64,000 nucleotides of DNA from Octopus sinensis (GCF_006345805.1 NC_043001.1:94178001-94242000); one strand, 5' to 3'. Positions 14,412 through 28,563 are shown, counted from the stretch's first letter. Numbers and translations: made by a program. The notes: generated from the letters alone by a model not told the origin.

Positions 14412-14661
14412 AGAAAGTTACTGTACAATAGAATAATAGAGAACGGAAAATATAATAACGATTCGATTTTCACATGTCAGTGCATGTACTCATGAAGTTG
14501 TAACCTACTGCTTTAAATTTCAATATACTTTAAATGCACTTCAATTCAAATCACTCACGATCAATGTGATTCATCCTTCTGCTCATTTCACCCTAAAATC
14601 TAATAAAATTACTACATCTACATTTAGTTCAACATATCAAAACTGGAATACTTGTGCATGC

Positions 14662-14876
14662 ATATATTTCAGAAAGAATTGCATATTTAATGAATCAAGA
14701 GACACACATGCATGTACATATGTGATTGTATTTATGTCAGCCTATCTATCCATTTACCCACCTACTCACCTATCCATCTATTTAGCTATCTATCTAGCTT
14801 TCTATCTATCTATATCTATATCTATACATACATGCATTTTTGTGCGTGTATGTGTAATATATTGAAATATATATAT

Positions 14877-14910
<34 letters not shown>

Positions 14911-15062
14911 GTAGTAGTAACAGAAAAGATGAATTTCGGTTGTCCCCACGTGGTGGATTGTAATGTATTTCAGAAACAAGTGCATATTTAATGATACAAG
15001 AGATACACATGCATGTACATATGTGTATGTATTTATGTCAGCCTATCTATCTATCTATCTAC

Positions 15063-15138
<76 letters not shown>

Positions 15139-15273
15139 GGATATGACTGTCCTTACCCCCACCCACCTACCCACCTATCCATCTATTTAGCTATCTATCT
15201 AGCTTTCTATCTATCTATATCTATATCAATATATACATGCTTTTTTGTGCGTGTATGTGTAATATATTGAAAT

Positions 15274-15320
<47 letters not shown>

Positions 15321-15372
15321 TTAGTAACAGAAAAGAGGAATTTTGGTTGTCCCCTAGTGGTGGATTGTAATG
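14662..15372. repeat. Diverged tandem duplication (14662-14965 and 14966-15372) containing (CTAT)n and (TA)n
   Basis: Both units begin tatttcagaaa…tgcatatttaatga and end ggttgtcccc…gtggtggattgtaatg, with substitutions between them. Confidence 0.85.
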
Positions 15373-16623
15373 CATATATATATAAGGTATAAAATAAACA
15401 TATGGAAGTATATATATAGATATATAGGAACATACTATATACGCGCAGACATACACAAACACGTCGTCATTCAGATATACATGCACACATACATACACAG
15501 TCATATATAATTATATATTCATGCGTGTGTTCATGCATTAAATTACATATTCCTCAGTTCTTTTCTTCAATTTTTCATTTAAGAAATTCTCTACGGAAAA
15601 ATTTATTCTTAATGCAATATACTTAAATATGATGAAATGTATTAGATGCCATAAAGTGCAGAAATATATATTTTTTATTTGATAATGTAATCGTGAGGTT
15701 TACTGTACAAAACTGAAATTGAATAAAGAAATATGTGTTAATCATTATTGTTATTTCTTTTGTATGATATTGGTTTGTAATATAGGCACAATTTCTCAGT
15801 CGTGGGAATAAAGAAATCGGCCCCCAGCCACGGGAAGGAACAAACCGACCTCCTTGACGACAGTCATTTCACATTATCTTCTCCCGAAGGATGAAACACA
15901 GTGAGCATTTCAAAGTCAATATGTGCAAGTGCGCAAAAGCAAAGGCATATTCTCTGATGCTGTACCGATTCTAGCCAACTATTAACTATCTTATATATAT
16001 TATCAGATTCACATTTTGGTACAAACTCAGGCATATCGGATGAGGAGTAGGTTGAATACATCAAACCAAGTGCTCAGCTGGTTCTTGTTTTATCATCCTC
16101 CCGTAAGTGATAGAATGCAATGTTGACCTCGGTGGATTTTGAACTCGTAAGTACAGACAAACGTTATATGTAATACTGATTTCAAATCTTGGGGCATGAC
16201 CAGCAAAACCACGGCAATGGATGAATCGATTACATCGATCCTGGTGTTCAATTATTACTTATTCTATCGGTCCCCAAAATTATGAAAGGCAACGTAGACC
16301 TCGGCAGATTTGGAACTAAAAACGTGAAAACAGACAAAATGTCACTAAACACTTTGCCCGCCGCGCAACCGATTCCGCTAGTTAATCGGTCTACACGTTA
16401 TATAAAATATCGTTTTAAAATTTTGGTACTAGACCAGCGGCTATCCGTTGAGCGATTAAGTCAATTTTATCAATATCAGTGTTCAACAGGTACTCTTTTC
16501 CTCGTTCTCGAAAGGATGATGGGTAAAGTCGCCCACGGTGGAATTTAAACTATGAACGTAAGGCCGTAAGAAATACTGTTATATATTTTGCCCAACGTGC
16601 TAGCATTATCTCTATTATTAACA

Positions 16624-16816
16624 GGACGGCGAGCTGCACACCGGGCGAAATGCTTAGCGTTCTGTCTTTACGTTCTGGGTTCAAATTCCGCCGAGGTCGA
16701 CTTTGCCTTTCATACTTTCGGGGTCGATAGATTAAGTACAAGTTGCGTACTGGGGTTGATCTAATCGAATGGCACCCTCTCCAAAAATGTTGGGCCTTGT
16801 GCCTAGAGTAGAAAAG
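16624..16816 (+). mobile_element. SINE family B with 19-bp TSD; older fragments of the family lie at ~16050-16600
   Basis: Central ggttcaaattccgccgaggtcgactttgcctttcat…ttcggggtcgata (resembles the Meta-SINE central domain, from memory). TSD attatctcta(t/c)tattaaca at 16605 and 16817. Confidence 0.85.
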
Positions 16817-17889
16817 ATTATCTCTACTATTAACATATCATAGTTTCTGTTTTAATAGCAATGAACTTGCAATATTGGTGGAGTGCATTTAAATGTTTCT
16901 TTTTTGAAATTCTTATTAACTGAATTTTTTATGAAGGAAATCCTGGTGACATCTCACAACTGCTCGAGTAAACCGCGTCAGCTTATGTGGGTATTAAAAG
17001 AACTTACATAATTAGAAATAAAAGTGTGCTTTTATCCAAGCGGAACGCTAATATGTTGCTTTTCGTAAAGGGTTTTAATCTCCGCTGCGTTTGGTGCACA
17101 TTTTGCAGTTTATTGGAATGTGAAATGAAGAGTACTAGTCATTCTAGTACTCTAACCTACGACTGAAAAATTCGTGAGCCGAGCACAGTAACCATTAAAC
17201 CATGCCCCTACAAAATACAGTGTAGCATTAAGTTACATCCCGATCCGTGTGTGACAATTCTTATCTGCTTTAGTTATCCTCAGTTCTTCCGAAACCAATC
17301 TTGAAATTGATTTATAACTTAACACACATCATATGTGGTTCACGCAAGAAGTTGATTTGTTTTGCAAAATAAAATACGTGGGACAAAATACGAACTAAAA
17401 ACGTGTGTACAACAAATTATTTCGGATTCTCATAAAACTAAATAACAATAATAAAATCTGCAATTCACTCCTGGAATATTGACGTAGATTAGATTTCCCA
17501 AGACCTTTATGACAATGAAGCTAATGTTAAAGTTTTAATCAGTATTTATAAATTAATGAAATTAACCATGTGATAAATCAATTTACGCAGATAATGATTT
17601 AATTGAAATAAAAATATATTGTCAGAATGGTGTTAGCATACATGTATAAATATTACTCATTTTTACGGCAAACCGCATACAAGTACCAAATAATTTAGGC
17701 GATAAATACGGAGATATAATGCATTTTTTAAAAAATGTATACCTAAAATTGCTAATTTCAGCATGTAACAAGCATTTGAATTTATAGAAGCATACATTTC
17801 TTTTGCGTAATAACTCTAGCGGAATATATAATTATTTCTAAATTATGCTTAAACTGCATTATTTTTATATGTGCGAGTAATAATTCTAC

Positions 17890-18130
17890 AAAGAGTAAAA
17901 GAGAGTAAGAGTATAGAAAATATGTCATAACTCAATTCTGTCTAAAGATTCGCAATGCCATCATCGGACCTAGATTTTAAAACACATTTTTAACTGTAAC
18001 GCAAAACATGTTGTTTTGCGTTATAGTTAAAAATGTGTTTTAAAATGTAGGTCCGATGATGGCATTGCGAATCTTTAGACAGAATTGAGTTATGACATAT
18101 TTTTTATACTCTTACTCTCTTTTACTCTTT
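17890..18130. repeat. Near-perfect 241-bp palindrome with 3-nt loop
   Basis: Centre gcaaaaca-tgt-tgttttgc (18001-18019); about three mismatches between arms. Confidence 0.9.
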
Positions 18131-18527
18131 TACTTGTTTCAGTCATTTGACTGCGGCCATGTGGAGCACCGCCTTTAGTCGAGCAAATCGATCCCGAGAC
18201 TTATTCTTTGTAAGCCCAGTACTTATTCTATCGGTCTCTTTTGCCGAACCGCTAAGTTACGGGGACGTAAACACACCAGCATCGGTTGTAAAGCAATGCT
18301 AGGGGGACAAATACAGACACACACACATATACACACACACTTATATATATATATATATACATATATACGACATGCTTCTTTCAGTTTCCGTCTACCAAAT
18401 CCACTCACAAGGCTTTGGTCGGCCCGGGGCTATAGCAGAAGACACTTGCCCAAGATGCCACGCAGTGGGACTGAACCAGGAACCATGTGGTTGGTTAGCA
18501 AGCTACTTACCACACAGCCACTCCTGC
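18107..18527 (-). mobile_element. SINE family A (tRNA-like head, CORE-like cttgggcaagtgtctt, internal TA/CA microsatellite, LINE-like tail)
   Basis: Homologous over its length to copies at 38610, 44446, 45588, 53415 and 62358. Confidence 0.9.
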
Positions 18528-18749
18528 TTTGTATTGGGTATAAATTCTGTCTTAAGGCAAACAAGTTCGAACAACGAGTGAACAGCTGGTACTTATTCTA
18601 TCAACTTCGTAAGTATGAATGGAAAAGTCGACCAAGACAGAACTTGAAAATAGAACGTAAAGACGGAAGTAATGCCGCCAAAAAATTTTCCCGGCGCGCT
18701 GACAATTTTGCCACCTCACCGACTTATTTCTGTATTTTATATTGAAGGA

Positions 18750-19100
18750 TTCGTTTTTGGATTTGGTTTGCAAGATTTTTTATATGAGTTCGTGTATTGA
18801 AGCATATTCTGTTGTTTCTGAGGAGAGTCATTTTCTTTTTGTGCCTAATAATTTAACAAACTCACCAGTAAAATTTCCACTTATTTCTTATTTTTATTTT
18901 CCTAAAATTTTCGTTGCGTCTTGCAACCATTTTAATAGTCTTGACTTTTGAAAATGTTGCAAGTCTTGACTATTGAAAAGGTTGCAAGATGCAAAGAAAA
19001 TTTTAGCAAAATATAAATAAGAAATAAGTGGAAATTATACCGGTGAGTGTGTTACATTATAAGGCACAAAAAGAAAATAACTCTCCCCACACACAACAGA
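18750..19100. mobile_element. Fold-back repeat (tail + hairpin), copy 2, with 10-bp TSD atattgaagg
   Basis: Arms of ~130 bp; TSD at 18740-18749 and 19101-19110; homologous to 12033-12300. Confidence 0.85.
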
Positions 19101-19316
19101 ATATTGAAGGTTGTTTATGTTAAGTGTAAATAAAATTATCTCGAAATATGCAATGTAGGGAATTATAGATATTTTACTATAATCGATGTACTGTAGTTAT
19201 ATATGCTTTATATCAGGGTCGGTAAAATGTTGGATCCGAGTACCTGATATTGAAATAATGAATAGATGGTGAGTCATATAAATGCCGGAAGAATATGAAA
19301 TAAGGGAACTATAGAA

Positions 19317-20305
19317 ATGTATATTAAACACGAGGAGCAAACAACGAGAAAATTTACGATTACTCTAATTATCAACCTTAGCAATTTCCGAATGTCTCAT
19401 CTCGTGAATGTATATGCTTAACATATCGAGGATCACATCATAAAGTCTGGCTTCTCCATTAAGATACTGAAAATACTTCACGCACAATAATCATTGTCAT
19501 ACTACAAATAAGTTGGGAAGTCTACAAGAGCGTATTGTTTTCATATATGAGACGTTGCTGCAGCGGTTGATGCTGCTGGTGGTGCGCAAAGGTATTCTCG
19601 TCTGCATTCAGAAGAATCCAGGCAACTAACATACTATGGCATACTGACAACCACAGCCACGTTTCAATCTCTGGCCCACAGGTGTGCTATCTCTCCTCTT
19701 CGCCATTGCAAATGTGACTGGCAGCGATCTAAGCATTCTTATCTCTCAGACATTCTTGACTTGCCGCACTTCTTACCTCGCTCAAATTTTCCTGGTCCCG
19801 TACTAGTCACTATATTCCCTCTTTCTTTTTTTTCCAAATCGATGCATGCCTGAGAAGCCTCTCGCATCATATGTTCGCGCAGGTGTTTGTTTGCAATGGT
19901 TCAAGAAGAACTTTTAGCGAATTTTATCTCAACAGTTTTTCAATGGCCTGTGAAATCTGCGGCTAGTTCTTCGTCCTCCAGTCAGAGTAAGTGGAAGGAA
20001 ATCTATCAGTAGTTTTAATCAAATCAACAAATGACACATTGCAGAAATATTTTCTTTGTGAATGATGTCAATTAGTGATCAAAACGCTTTTTTGTACTAA
20101 TTTTATGCATCCAGAAAATAAAAACTTAAAATATAATTTGTAAACATAAAACGTATGAGCGTCATACACTGAAATGTGGCAACATTAGATTGATAAAAAA
20201 GAATTCTTTCAATGTAATCAGACAACTTGTTATCGTGTTGTACGAAATCAAATACTTCGAGACAGGTTTGTTTATCCAGCTGGATCTCAATAAAGTTTTG
20301 TCAGA
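19317..20305. repeat. Left arm of ~990-bp inverted repeat
   Basis: Reverse complement of 23357-24346 with only about four differences seen. Confidence 0.95.
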
Positions 20306-20358
20306 GGCCGCTGGTGGCAAAAAAATTCTGCGAAATTTTTTTTGCCACCCTATATTGA

Positions 20359-20409
<51 letters not shown>

Positions 20410-20984
20410 ATATATATACTATATGTGTATTAATTTATGTATTTAAAGAGTGAGAGAGTGAGAGAGAGATTAAGAAATTGGGAGAGAAAGATTATATCAA
20501 AGAATAAATATATGCAAATAATACTGGATGTCAGCACTTTAAAATATCTTTGAATTCTCAAGTATTATGTGATATCTGTAAGAATAGCAACAGCAAGTAT
20601 GATATTGCATAAAGATTAAATTTAGTTAAACTGCATATTCACATGTGTGTGTATATAGTGTGTGTGTTCCCGTTCGAATGTGAGAGTACGTGCCCTTTGG
20701 TGCAGTGGTTGCTTGCATGTGTATGTTCTTGTATGTATGTGAACATATACCATTGTAATTACCTTTAATTCAAAGGTTAAAAGAAATTATTTCTCTCTCA
20801 CTCTAAAACATACGCTGCTGTAAGGAAATCTTTGTTTTCTGGGGTTTTTTTGAATAACTCACCGACTTACCCTCGTCCACCGTGTGTATCCTACAACTAA
20901 CCTCAGTACAAATTATAGATCAGAGCTGGAATCAACAAAAAAGACTATAGTCATATTCAAATATGTTTGTTTGGTCCTTCAATA

Positions 20985-22211
20985 ACTGAATTTTATTGAA
21001 AATGGTTATGAAGGCAGTGAATTATCAAAATAACTATTGCATACAAAGTATGGACTCGTGCAAAGTTTAGATTGTTTCCAAAGGGATTTTTGTCTATTCC
21101 ACAACTAAAAGAATCTCCAGTTTTTTTTGTGATAATGGTGGAGAACACCGACTCCTTACTTATTTTCTTTCTAAAATGCACCATAAATGTTCAATAATAT
21201 TGAGATCTGGCGCCTGTGGTGGCCAGATATGATGTTCAACTTCACAAGGATATTTTTCGTGCCATTCAGTAACAATTTTAGCTGTGTGAATTGGTGCATC
21301 CTGAAAGATTGCATTTTTTTCCGTAAGCAGTTCCGAAACCATAGGATGAATTTGATCAGATAAAATGCTTAAACAGACTTGACTATTCATTCTGATATGA
21401 AGGGAAAGAATTGGGCCGGCGAATTTCAAAGATATAGCCCCCCTCCCCCACCAGATCATCACAGATCATTCTCCATGTTTGACAGTTGGAAAAAGGCAGT
21501 TTGGGTCAAATGCTTCTTCTGGCTGTCTCCACACGTATATCTGGCCAGTGGATGGAATAATGTAAAGGATGACTCGTCCTAGAAAATAACATTTTTCTAT
21601 TGCTCTAGGGACCAATTCTGTAGTTTTTTATTTCACTCTAAACGCTCTACAACGTTTGTTTTTAAAAGTAGTTTTTTGCTGGTTGTAGCTAATCCATGAA
21701 ATCCAGCTTTCTGCAGCTCCTGGCAAACAGTTTTTGGTTTTGTGGAAATTGGGTTAGTAACGTGGTCATTAAGCTCTGCAGTAATTTTGGGAGCTGTACT
21801 TTTCTGATCCTTTCTAACAATTCGCGTAATTGTCCGACGGTCCCTATGTGAATGTTTTGGCTCTTTTCCGGAGTTTTGTTTCGACGAGGGTGTTTTTCTC
21901 CCTCTTTCGAGACTGTACTTCTTGAAATACCAAATATTTCGGATGTTTTCGTTACGCTAGCGCCTACCATACGGGCACCAACAATTTGATCTCTTTTAAA
22001 GTCCAATAGATCTATCATTTTAATAAATTTTAATTACCTTTCTCTGTTGATATCTGAAAAGAAACAGCAATTTTAGCAAAATATAGTAAGCACCACTAAT
22101 AATAAATAAAAAGAAAGAAACAAATATAAACAAACTTTTGATGGCTGTATAGATATTTCAAAATTATGATGCTATCATGCAAGGTATTTCCATTATTTTA
22201 TCCAACCCCTG
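20985..22211 (-). mobile_element. Decayed Tc1-family transposon
   Basis: ORF 21689-22018 is a paired-like N-terminus (DFKRDQIVGARMVGASVTKTSEIFGISRSTVSK). ORF 21160-21462 is the DDE region (FQDAPIHTAK, WPPQAPDLNIIEHLW). One TIR (tttccattattttatccaacccctg) ends at 22211. Confidence 0.9.
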
Positions 22212-23356
22212 CGCAACGTTAAGATTTTATGATTAAAAGGACACACTAAGCTGCCAGTGCACGACCAGCATGTTTAACTGTAGATGTCTTGGTATATGTT
22301 GCAATGAAAGATATTATGTATTAGATAGAAGCTGCTGATTTAAAATTAGAATCAAAGAAATATTCCTGTTGATATGAAACATCACCTGGGAATGTTGAGA
22401 TATTGGACAAGCCATTACTACATAATCGACCAGACTTCACATGAATCCATCAATCTCCCTGCAAGGACTGCCACACATTATTATTGAAACCTTCTTACAA
22501 ATGTCACCAGTGAAATTGCACTGCCTCAGATTATGATCATCATACTGATAATGTATCAAGAATGGCTGGGTAGAATTACAGCAAACATACACTGTTACAT
22601 GACAAAATGGAATACCTCTTTATTATACAAAACCTACTTAAAAATCAATGCGTTGTAAAATCAAGAGTAATTTATGCACAAATGTTAAGAGAATTAAAAT
22701 ATCTCATAGAGATTGCTTTGAAGATTGGGAATCAAATTTTATCTCATTTTATCAAATAATTAACATTTTCAAAAATTGTCAATGGACACGTATAAAGAAT
22801 AGGGTAACGTAAATTATTTTTGTTGCTTTAGTGCGGATAGATATACTGGGAAGAGTATTTGCAGTTAGGTATGTAGTGTTAATATTCTTTGTAAACAGCA
22901 AGTGTACGCGTTCGTGATCCATTCTTTGGCTGCGAATTTTGCATTTTAAGCGGGAATTATTTTCTGTTTAATTAACTTTCATTTACAAATTCAAGAAGTG
23001 GGTTTCTGAAGTGCAGTTTTCAATATATGATTGAAAATTTGCAATTACAGCACCATTAACATAACAAATTATGTGAATATGATCTCATGCATGGAATGGG
23101 ATCAAGTTATTTGATTATCCATTCGTTGTGTCACTGGATAGTGCAGCAGAACAAAAATATAAAACCGAATTAATTATTTGACGATATATTGAAGAGGAAA
23201 TTACCTTCTGATTCGTTGAATGCTTGACGTCTGTAGGAAGTTAGGAACCGAAATTAGTTATCCATTAAAAAGTTTTATATAAACATGTCTATCTATTTTC
23301 CCCATCACTTATAGGTTGGCAATTTATTTTACCTAATGAAGCATCCAAGAATAATT

Positions 23357-24346
23357 TCTGACAAAACTTTATTGAGATCCAGCTGGATAAACAAACCTGT
23401 CTCGAAGTATTTGATTTCGTACAACACGATAACAAGTTGTCTGATTACATTGAAAGAATTCTTTTTTATCAATCTAATGTTGCCACATTTCAGTGTATGA
23501 CGCTCATACGTTTTATGTTTACAAATTATATTTTAAGTTTTTATTTTCTGGATGCATAAAATTAGTACAAAAAAGCGTTTTGATCACTAATTGACATCAT
23601 TCACAAAGAAAATATTTCTGCAATGTGTCATTTGTTGATTTGATTAAAACTACTGATAGATTTCCTTCCACTTACTCTGACTGGAGGACGAAGAACTAGC
23701 CGCAGATTTCACAGGCCATTGAAAAACTGTTGAGATAAAATTCGCTAAAAGTTCTTCTTGAACCATTGCAAACAAACACCTGCGCGAACATATGATGCGA
23801 GAGGATTCTCAGGCATGCATCGATTTGGAAAAAAAAAGAAAGAGGGAATATAGTGACTAGTACGGGACCAGGAAAATTTGAGCGAGGTAAGAAGTGCGGC
23901 AAGTCAAGAATGCCTGAGAGATAAGAATGCTTAGATCGCTGCCAGTCACATTTGCAATGGCGAAGAGGAGAGATAGCACACCTGTGGGCCAGAGATTGAA
24001 ACGTGGCTGTGGTTGTCAGTATGCCATAGTATGTTAGTTGCCTGGATTCTTCTGAATGCAGACGAGAATACCTTTGCGCACCACCAGCAGCATCAACCGC
24101 TGCAGCAACGTCTCATATATGAAAACAATACGCTCTTGTAGACTTCCCAACTTATTTGTAGTATGACAATGATTATTGTGCGTGAAGTATTTTCAGTATC
24201 TTAATGGAGAAGCCAGACTTTATGATGTGATCCTCGATATGTTAAGCATATACATTCACGAGATGAGACATTCGGAAATTGCTAAGGTTGATAATTAGAG
24301 TAATCGTATATTTTCTCGTTGTTTGCTCCTCGTGTTTAATATACAT
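23357..24346. repeat. Right arm of ~990-bp inverted repeat
   Basis: Reverse complement of 19317-20305. Confidence 0.95.
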
Positions 24347-24405
24347 GCTGCTATATATATATATATATATATATTTACACATCTATATCGATCTGTCTGT
24401 TAATA

Positions 24406-24491
<86 letters not shown>

Positions 24492-24589
24492 CAGAGAAGG
24501 AGAGCGGAAGGCGACTCACAAAGATACATAATGAAACTGAGACAGGTAGGTGCATAAGTGTTTATGCGTATATCAATGTGTGTGTATAT

Positions 24590-24711
24590 AAATGTGTGGC
24601 TGTGTAGTAAGTTTTTGCTTCCTTACTACATCGTTCCCAGTTCAGTTCAAGTTCTTATTGAAAAAGACTTGTGAGAAGATTTGGTAGAGGAAAATTGAAA
24701 GAAACTCGTCC

Positions 24712-24755
<44 letters not shown>

Positions 24756-24960
24756 CATACATGTGTGTATGTATGGGGGTTTTTTCCCACTGTTTTTGTT
24801 TCCACCCCTTCAACACTTTTTCACAACCGGTCTTGGTGTATTTACGACCACGTGACTTAGCAGTTCGGCAAAAGTGACCAATAGAATATGTACGAGGGTA
24901 TAACAAATAAGTCCTCGGGTTGATTTGTTCGACTAAAATCCTTCAAGGTGCTCCAGCGGT
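24590..24960 (+). mobile_element. Diverged SINE family A copy
   Basis: tggctgtgtagtaag…gatttggtagaggaaaattgaaagaa…cttagcagttcggcaaaag…ggtgctccagc. Confidence 0.75.
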
Positions 24961-24999
24961 ACCCTGGTGCGGCGGCTGTGATATGACAAATAAATAAAA

Positions 25000-25029
<30 letters not shown>

Positions 25030-25037
<8 letters not shown>

Positions 25038-25410
25038 AAAGGGCTTAGTAAAATAAATACTTTGCCGCATACTGAACTCATTAGAAATAGCAGCTAAAAA
25101 ACTTTTTTAAGGCTATTTCTAATACTTAAAGAAAATCTCTCTCATATATAGTGTTTGCTTAATTCAACTCACAAGTTGAATTAAGCAACACTATATATGA
25201 GAGAGATTTTCTTTAAGTATTAGAAATAGCCTTAAAAAAGTTTTTTAGCTGCTATTTCTAATGAGTTCAGTATGCGGCAAAGTAATTTATTTTACTAAGC
25301 CCTTTTATATAATGTAATAATTTGAATTCGCCTTGAATGGTCCCTTTGCATACTGAACACTTGGTGAAATTGATTAATAATTAATTAATTTTGCCCTCAA
25401 TTGTTGAAAG

Positions 25411-25469
<59 letters not shown>

Positions 25470-25847
25470 TATATAAAAGGGCTTAGTAAAATAAATTACT
25501 TTGCCGCATACTGAACTCATTAGAAATAGCAGCTAAAAACTTTTTTAAGGCTATTTCTAATACTAAAGAAAATCTCTCTCATATATAGTGTTTGCTTAAT
25601 TCAACTCACAAGTTGAATTAAGCAAACACTATATATGAGAGAGATTTTCTTTAAGTATTAGAAATAGCCTTAAAAAAGTTTTTTAGCTGCTATTTCTAAT
25701 GAGTTCAGTATGCGGCAAAGTAATTTATTTTACTAAGCCCTTTTATATAATGTAATAATTTGAATTCGCCTTGAATGGTCCCTTTGCATACTGAACACTT
25801 GGTGAAATTGATTAATAATTAATTAATTTTGCCCTCAATTGTTGAAA

Positions 25848-25848
<1 letters not shown>
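25030..25848. mobile_element. Two tandem copies (25030-25410, 25468-25848) of a fold-back element: ~284-bp hairpin plus ~97-bp tail, within (TA)n
   Basis: Centre ttcaact-caca-agttgaa; tail ends ttgccctcaattgttgaaag. The copies differ only by single-base indels. Confidence 0.8.
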
Positions 25849-25890
<42 letters not shown>

Positions 25891-26724
25891 ATATGTATGT
25901 ATGTATATATATATGTACATATATGTATATATGTATATATATACACACACTTCCGCACACACGTACATACAGCACACACACACACCACACACACACATAT
26001 ATCAATCATTGATATACGCATAAACATTTAAATACTGTTCTTACACAAAGCGAAGAATGTATACATTGTGAATTTTCAATTTTTCACTAAGCCGTTCAAA
26101 ATATCTTTCTTTATCTTACTGAGTATATAAAGAAATATGATAAAAATATATCTCCGGTAAATTCCATCCACGTAATTACTATGTCACTTATCTCTCTATG
26201 CCAATACTCTTATTGGTTCAGAGTATTACGTGAATTATACTAATATTGTATTTAAATAGAGTGAAATCTTGTTCGATACATATTTCTCGTGAAAGCAATA
26301 ATCTCGGAGATTAGTGGCAGAATGCAACATATTAACGTTGTGGTAATATGTTTAGGAGTCTAAATAGTATTAACAGGCGTAAATAATAGGAAAAATGACA
26401 TTAGAAAGAGTTATTAATTGATAATCAAATTTGTTTACCGGACTTCAAATGTACATCTGTTTGAATGATGTGGTTTCGCTTATTACATTCGTGAAGCTCA
26501 TTTATCAACACGACTTGAATCATAGTTAAGCGTGCATTCACTCTCTGAGAATACGCCCAGTAATATATCCACGCCGATTTAAACCTTCCTCGATAAAGTA
26601 GTCACATATTTAAAGAAAATTTATATAAGTACTTTTAGTATTAAGTACAGAAGCAACAAAATCAACAGACTATGATTGTATATTATATATATCAATGAAA
26701 AATCACGTGCATCTTGTATATATA

Positions 26725-27045
26725 CTCTTTTCTACTCTAGGGACAAGGCCCAAAATTTTGGGGGAGGCGGCCAGTTGACTGCATCAACACCAGTACGTAA
26801 CTGGTACTTAATTTATCGACGCCGAAGGGACGAAAGGCAAAGTCGACCTCAGCGGAATTTGAACTCAGATCGTAGCGGCAGACGAAATACCTATTTCTTT
26901 ACTATCCACAAGGGGTTAAACACAGAGAGGAAAAACAAGGACAGACAAACGGATTAAGTCGATTATATCGACACCAGTGCGTAACTGGTACTTATTTAAT
27001 CGACCCCGAAAGGATGAAAGGCAAAGTCGACGACGGCGGAATTTT
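26725..27045 (-). mobile_element. SINE family B, partial tandem dimer
   Basis: Two copies of cgtaactggtactta…gaaaggcaaagtcgac…gcggaattt. Confidence 0.85.
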
Positions 27046-28563
27046 GTTTATATCATTCTTGTACGAGCGACCTATAACACAATTCAGTCCGAAAGGATAT
27101 TTTCAATTGAGTGGGTGTCTAACTTGATGTAATGAAGTTAAAAATAAAAAGCTAATAATTTTAATATTAACTTACCGGAAAAGGGACGTTAACTTTTTCA
27201 CACACACACACACACACACAGACACACACACACACACACAGACACACACACACAGGGTATTTCATTTACGGATCCCCTCTGAAGATATGTGAATATAATA
27301 TAAAGACGGTAATGCATTCTACCGTGAAATGAAACACTTATACGACAATATGTTAATATACGTTAATTTTACATTCATTTTGTGTGGAGGAATATGTTGG
27401 ACTCATGTTTATAGAAAACCCAGCGACGCCGATAGGGCCAATAGAGTAAAAGAATTGTTGTATTGCTGGAAGTCAACGCCTGCCACTAAGTATGGGCACG
27501 AAAGGAAAGGCAGAAAGCCATTGCGAAGATAATAAGGTCTTATATAGTATAAATAGCGAACGAGAAATCTTGGTATGACTCCAATGGATCATGGTATTGT
27601 GTATTCTGAGTACTAAAAGAAAATTATTTATTTACAATGTCATTAGCGGTAATCACACTTCTAACATTCTTATTATTTTCGCTTCTATTTTCTTTATGTT
27701 AACCCTCAGCAAACTCTGATAGAAAAAAAACGACTTGTATATACTCCTGTTATTTGTACGATCTGTCTTTTGACAGGTGTTTCTGTCAGGTCTGCCGACA
27801 GTGTTGTGTTTGTCCACAGTCTCTTAATATGATATTCTGCTATTAGTTTCCGTGTTTTCGCAAAAATAGATCTAAGACTAATATCAATTCGTATAACGTA
27901 AATGTATAACTACATAAACCATTTATTTTAGGAAATATCTATATCATTCATTATATCAATTACAGTAACATCAACATGGCCAAGACATGAATCAGGCATA
28001 TTTGACACAAACCTACTTAATCAATCGTTTTGTTTTCCAAGCGAAAATATTTAACAATAGCCATCTTTATTGCATTATTAGCACCCATTGTTAGAAATCA
28101 ATTGGAAAATTATAGAAATCAATATAATAAGCACCTATGAATATGTTGGCTTGGCGAATGATTGGTAGAGATGGTCAATCGCTGGAGAATATAGTTTATA
28201 TGTGATTCTTTTCCATTCGTGTCTGATTTCAAACCATATTTGTTCCAGTCGGCGTTTTATAATTCCATATTCGATAATGTAAATAATCAATCACCTAAAT
28301 CATCTTTAGTCAAGTGTGGCCTAACGTCAATGTTAGAAATAATTACTACTAGTACTGATCAATCGACTAATACTAAATTTCACTGCTGATGCATACAAAA
28401 TTCATAAGTGTCTTCACGTCGATAATGACCTACTATAAATAGTGGTGTTGTCATATGCTAAAATCTGAATGTCACTCTCCTTTGAATATTTACGATATTG
28501 CGAAAAATGTGATGTATGTACATCCCAGTCAAGCATAGATCCATCATAAACTTAGTCACATAT

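Noticed and set aside
25258-25385. Hammerhead formed by CTAATGA…GAAA around the gttcagtatgc/gcatactgaac stem
   Set aside because: Core G is mutated, 7 extra nt precede GAAA and there is no stem I; the downstream part looks like the shared terminal motif instead.
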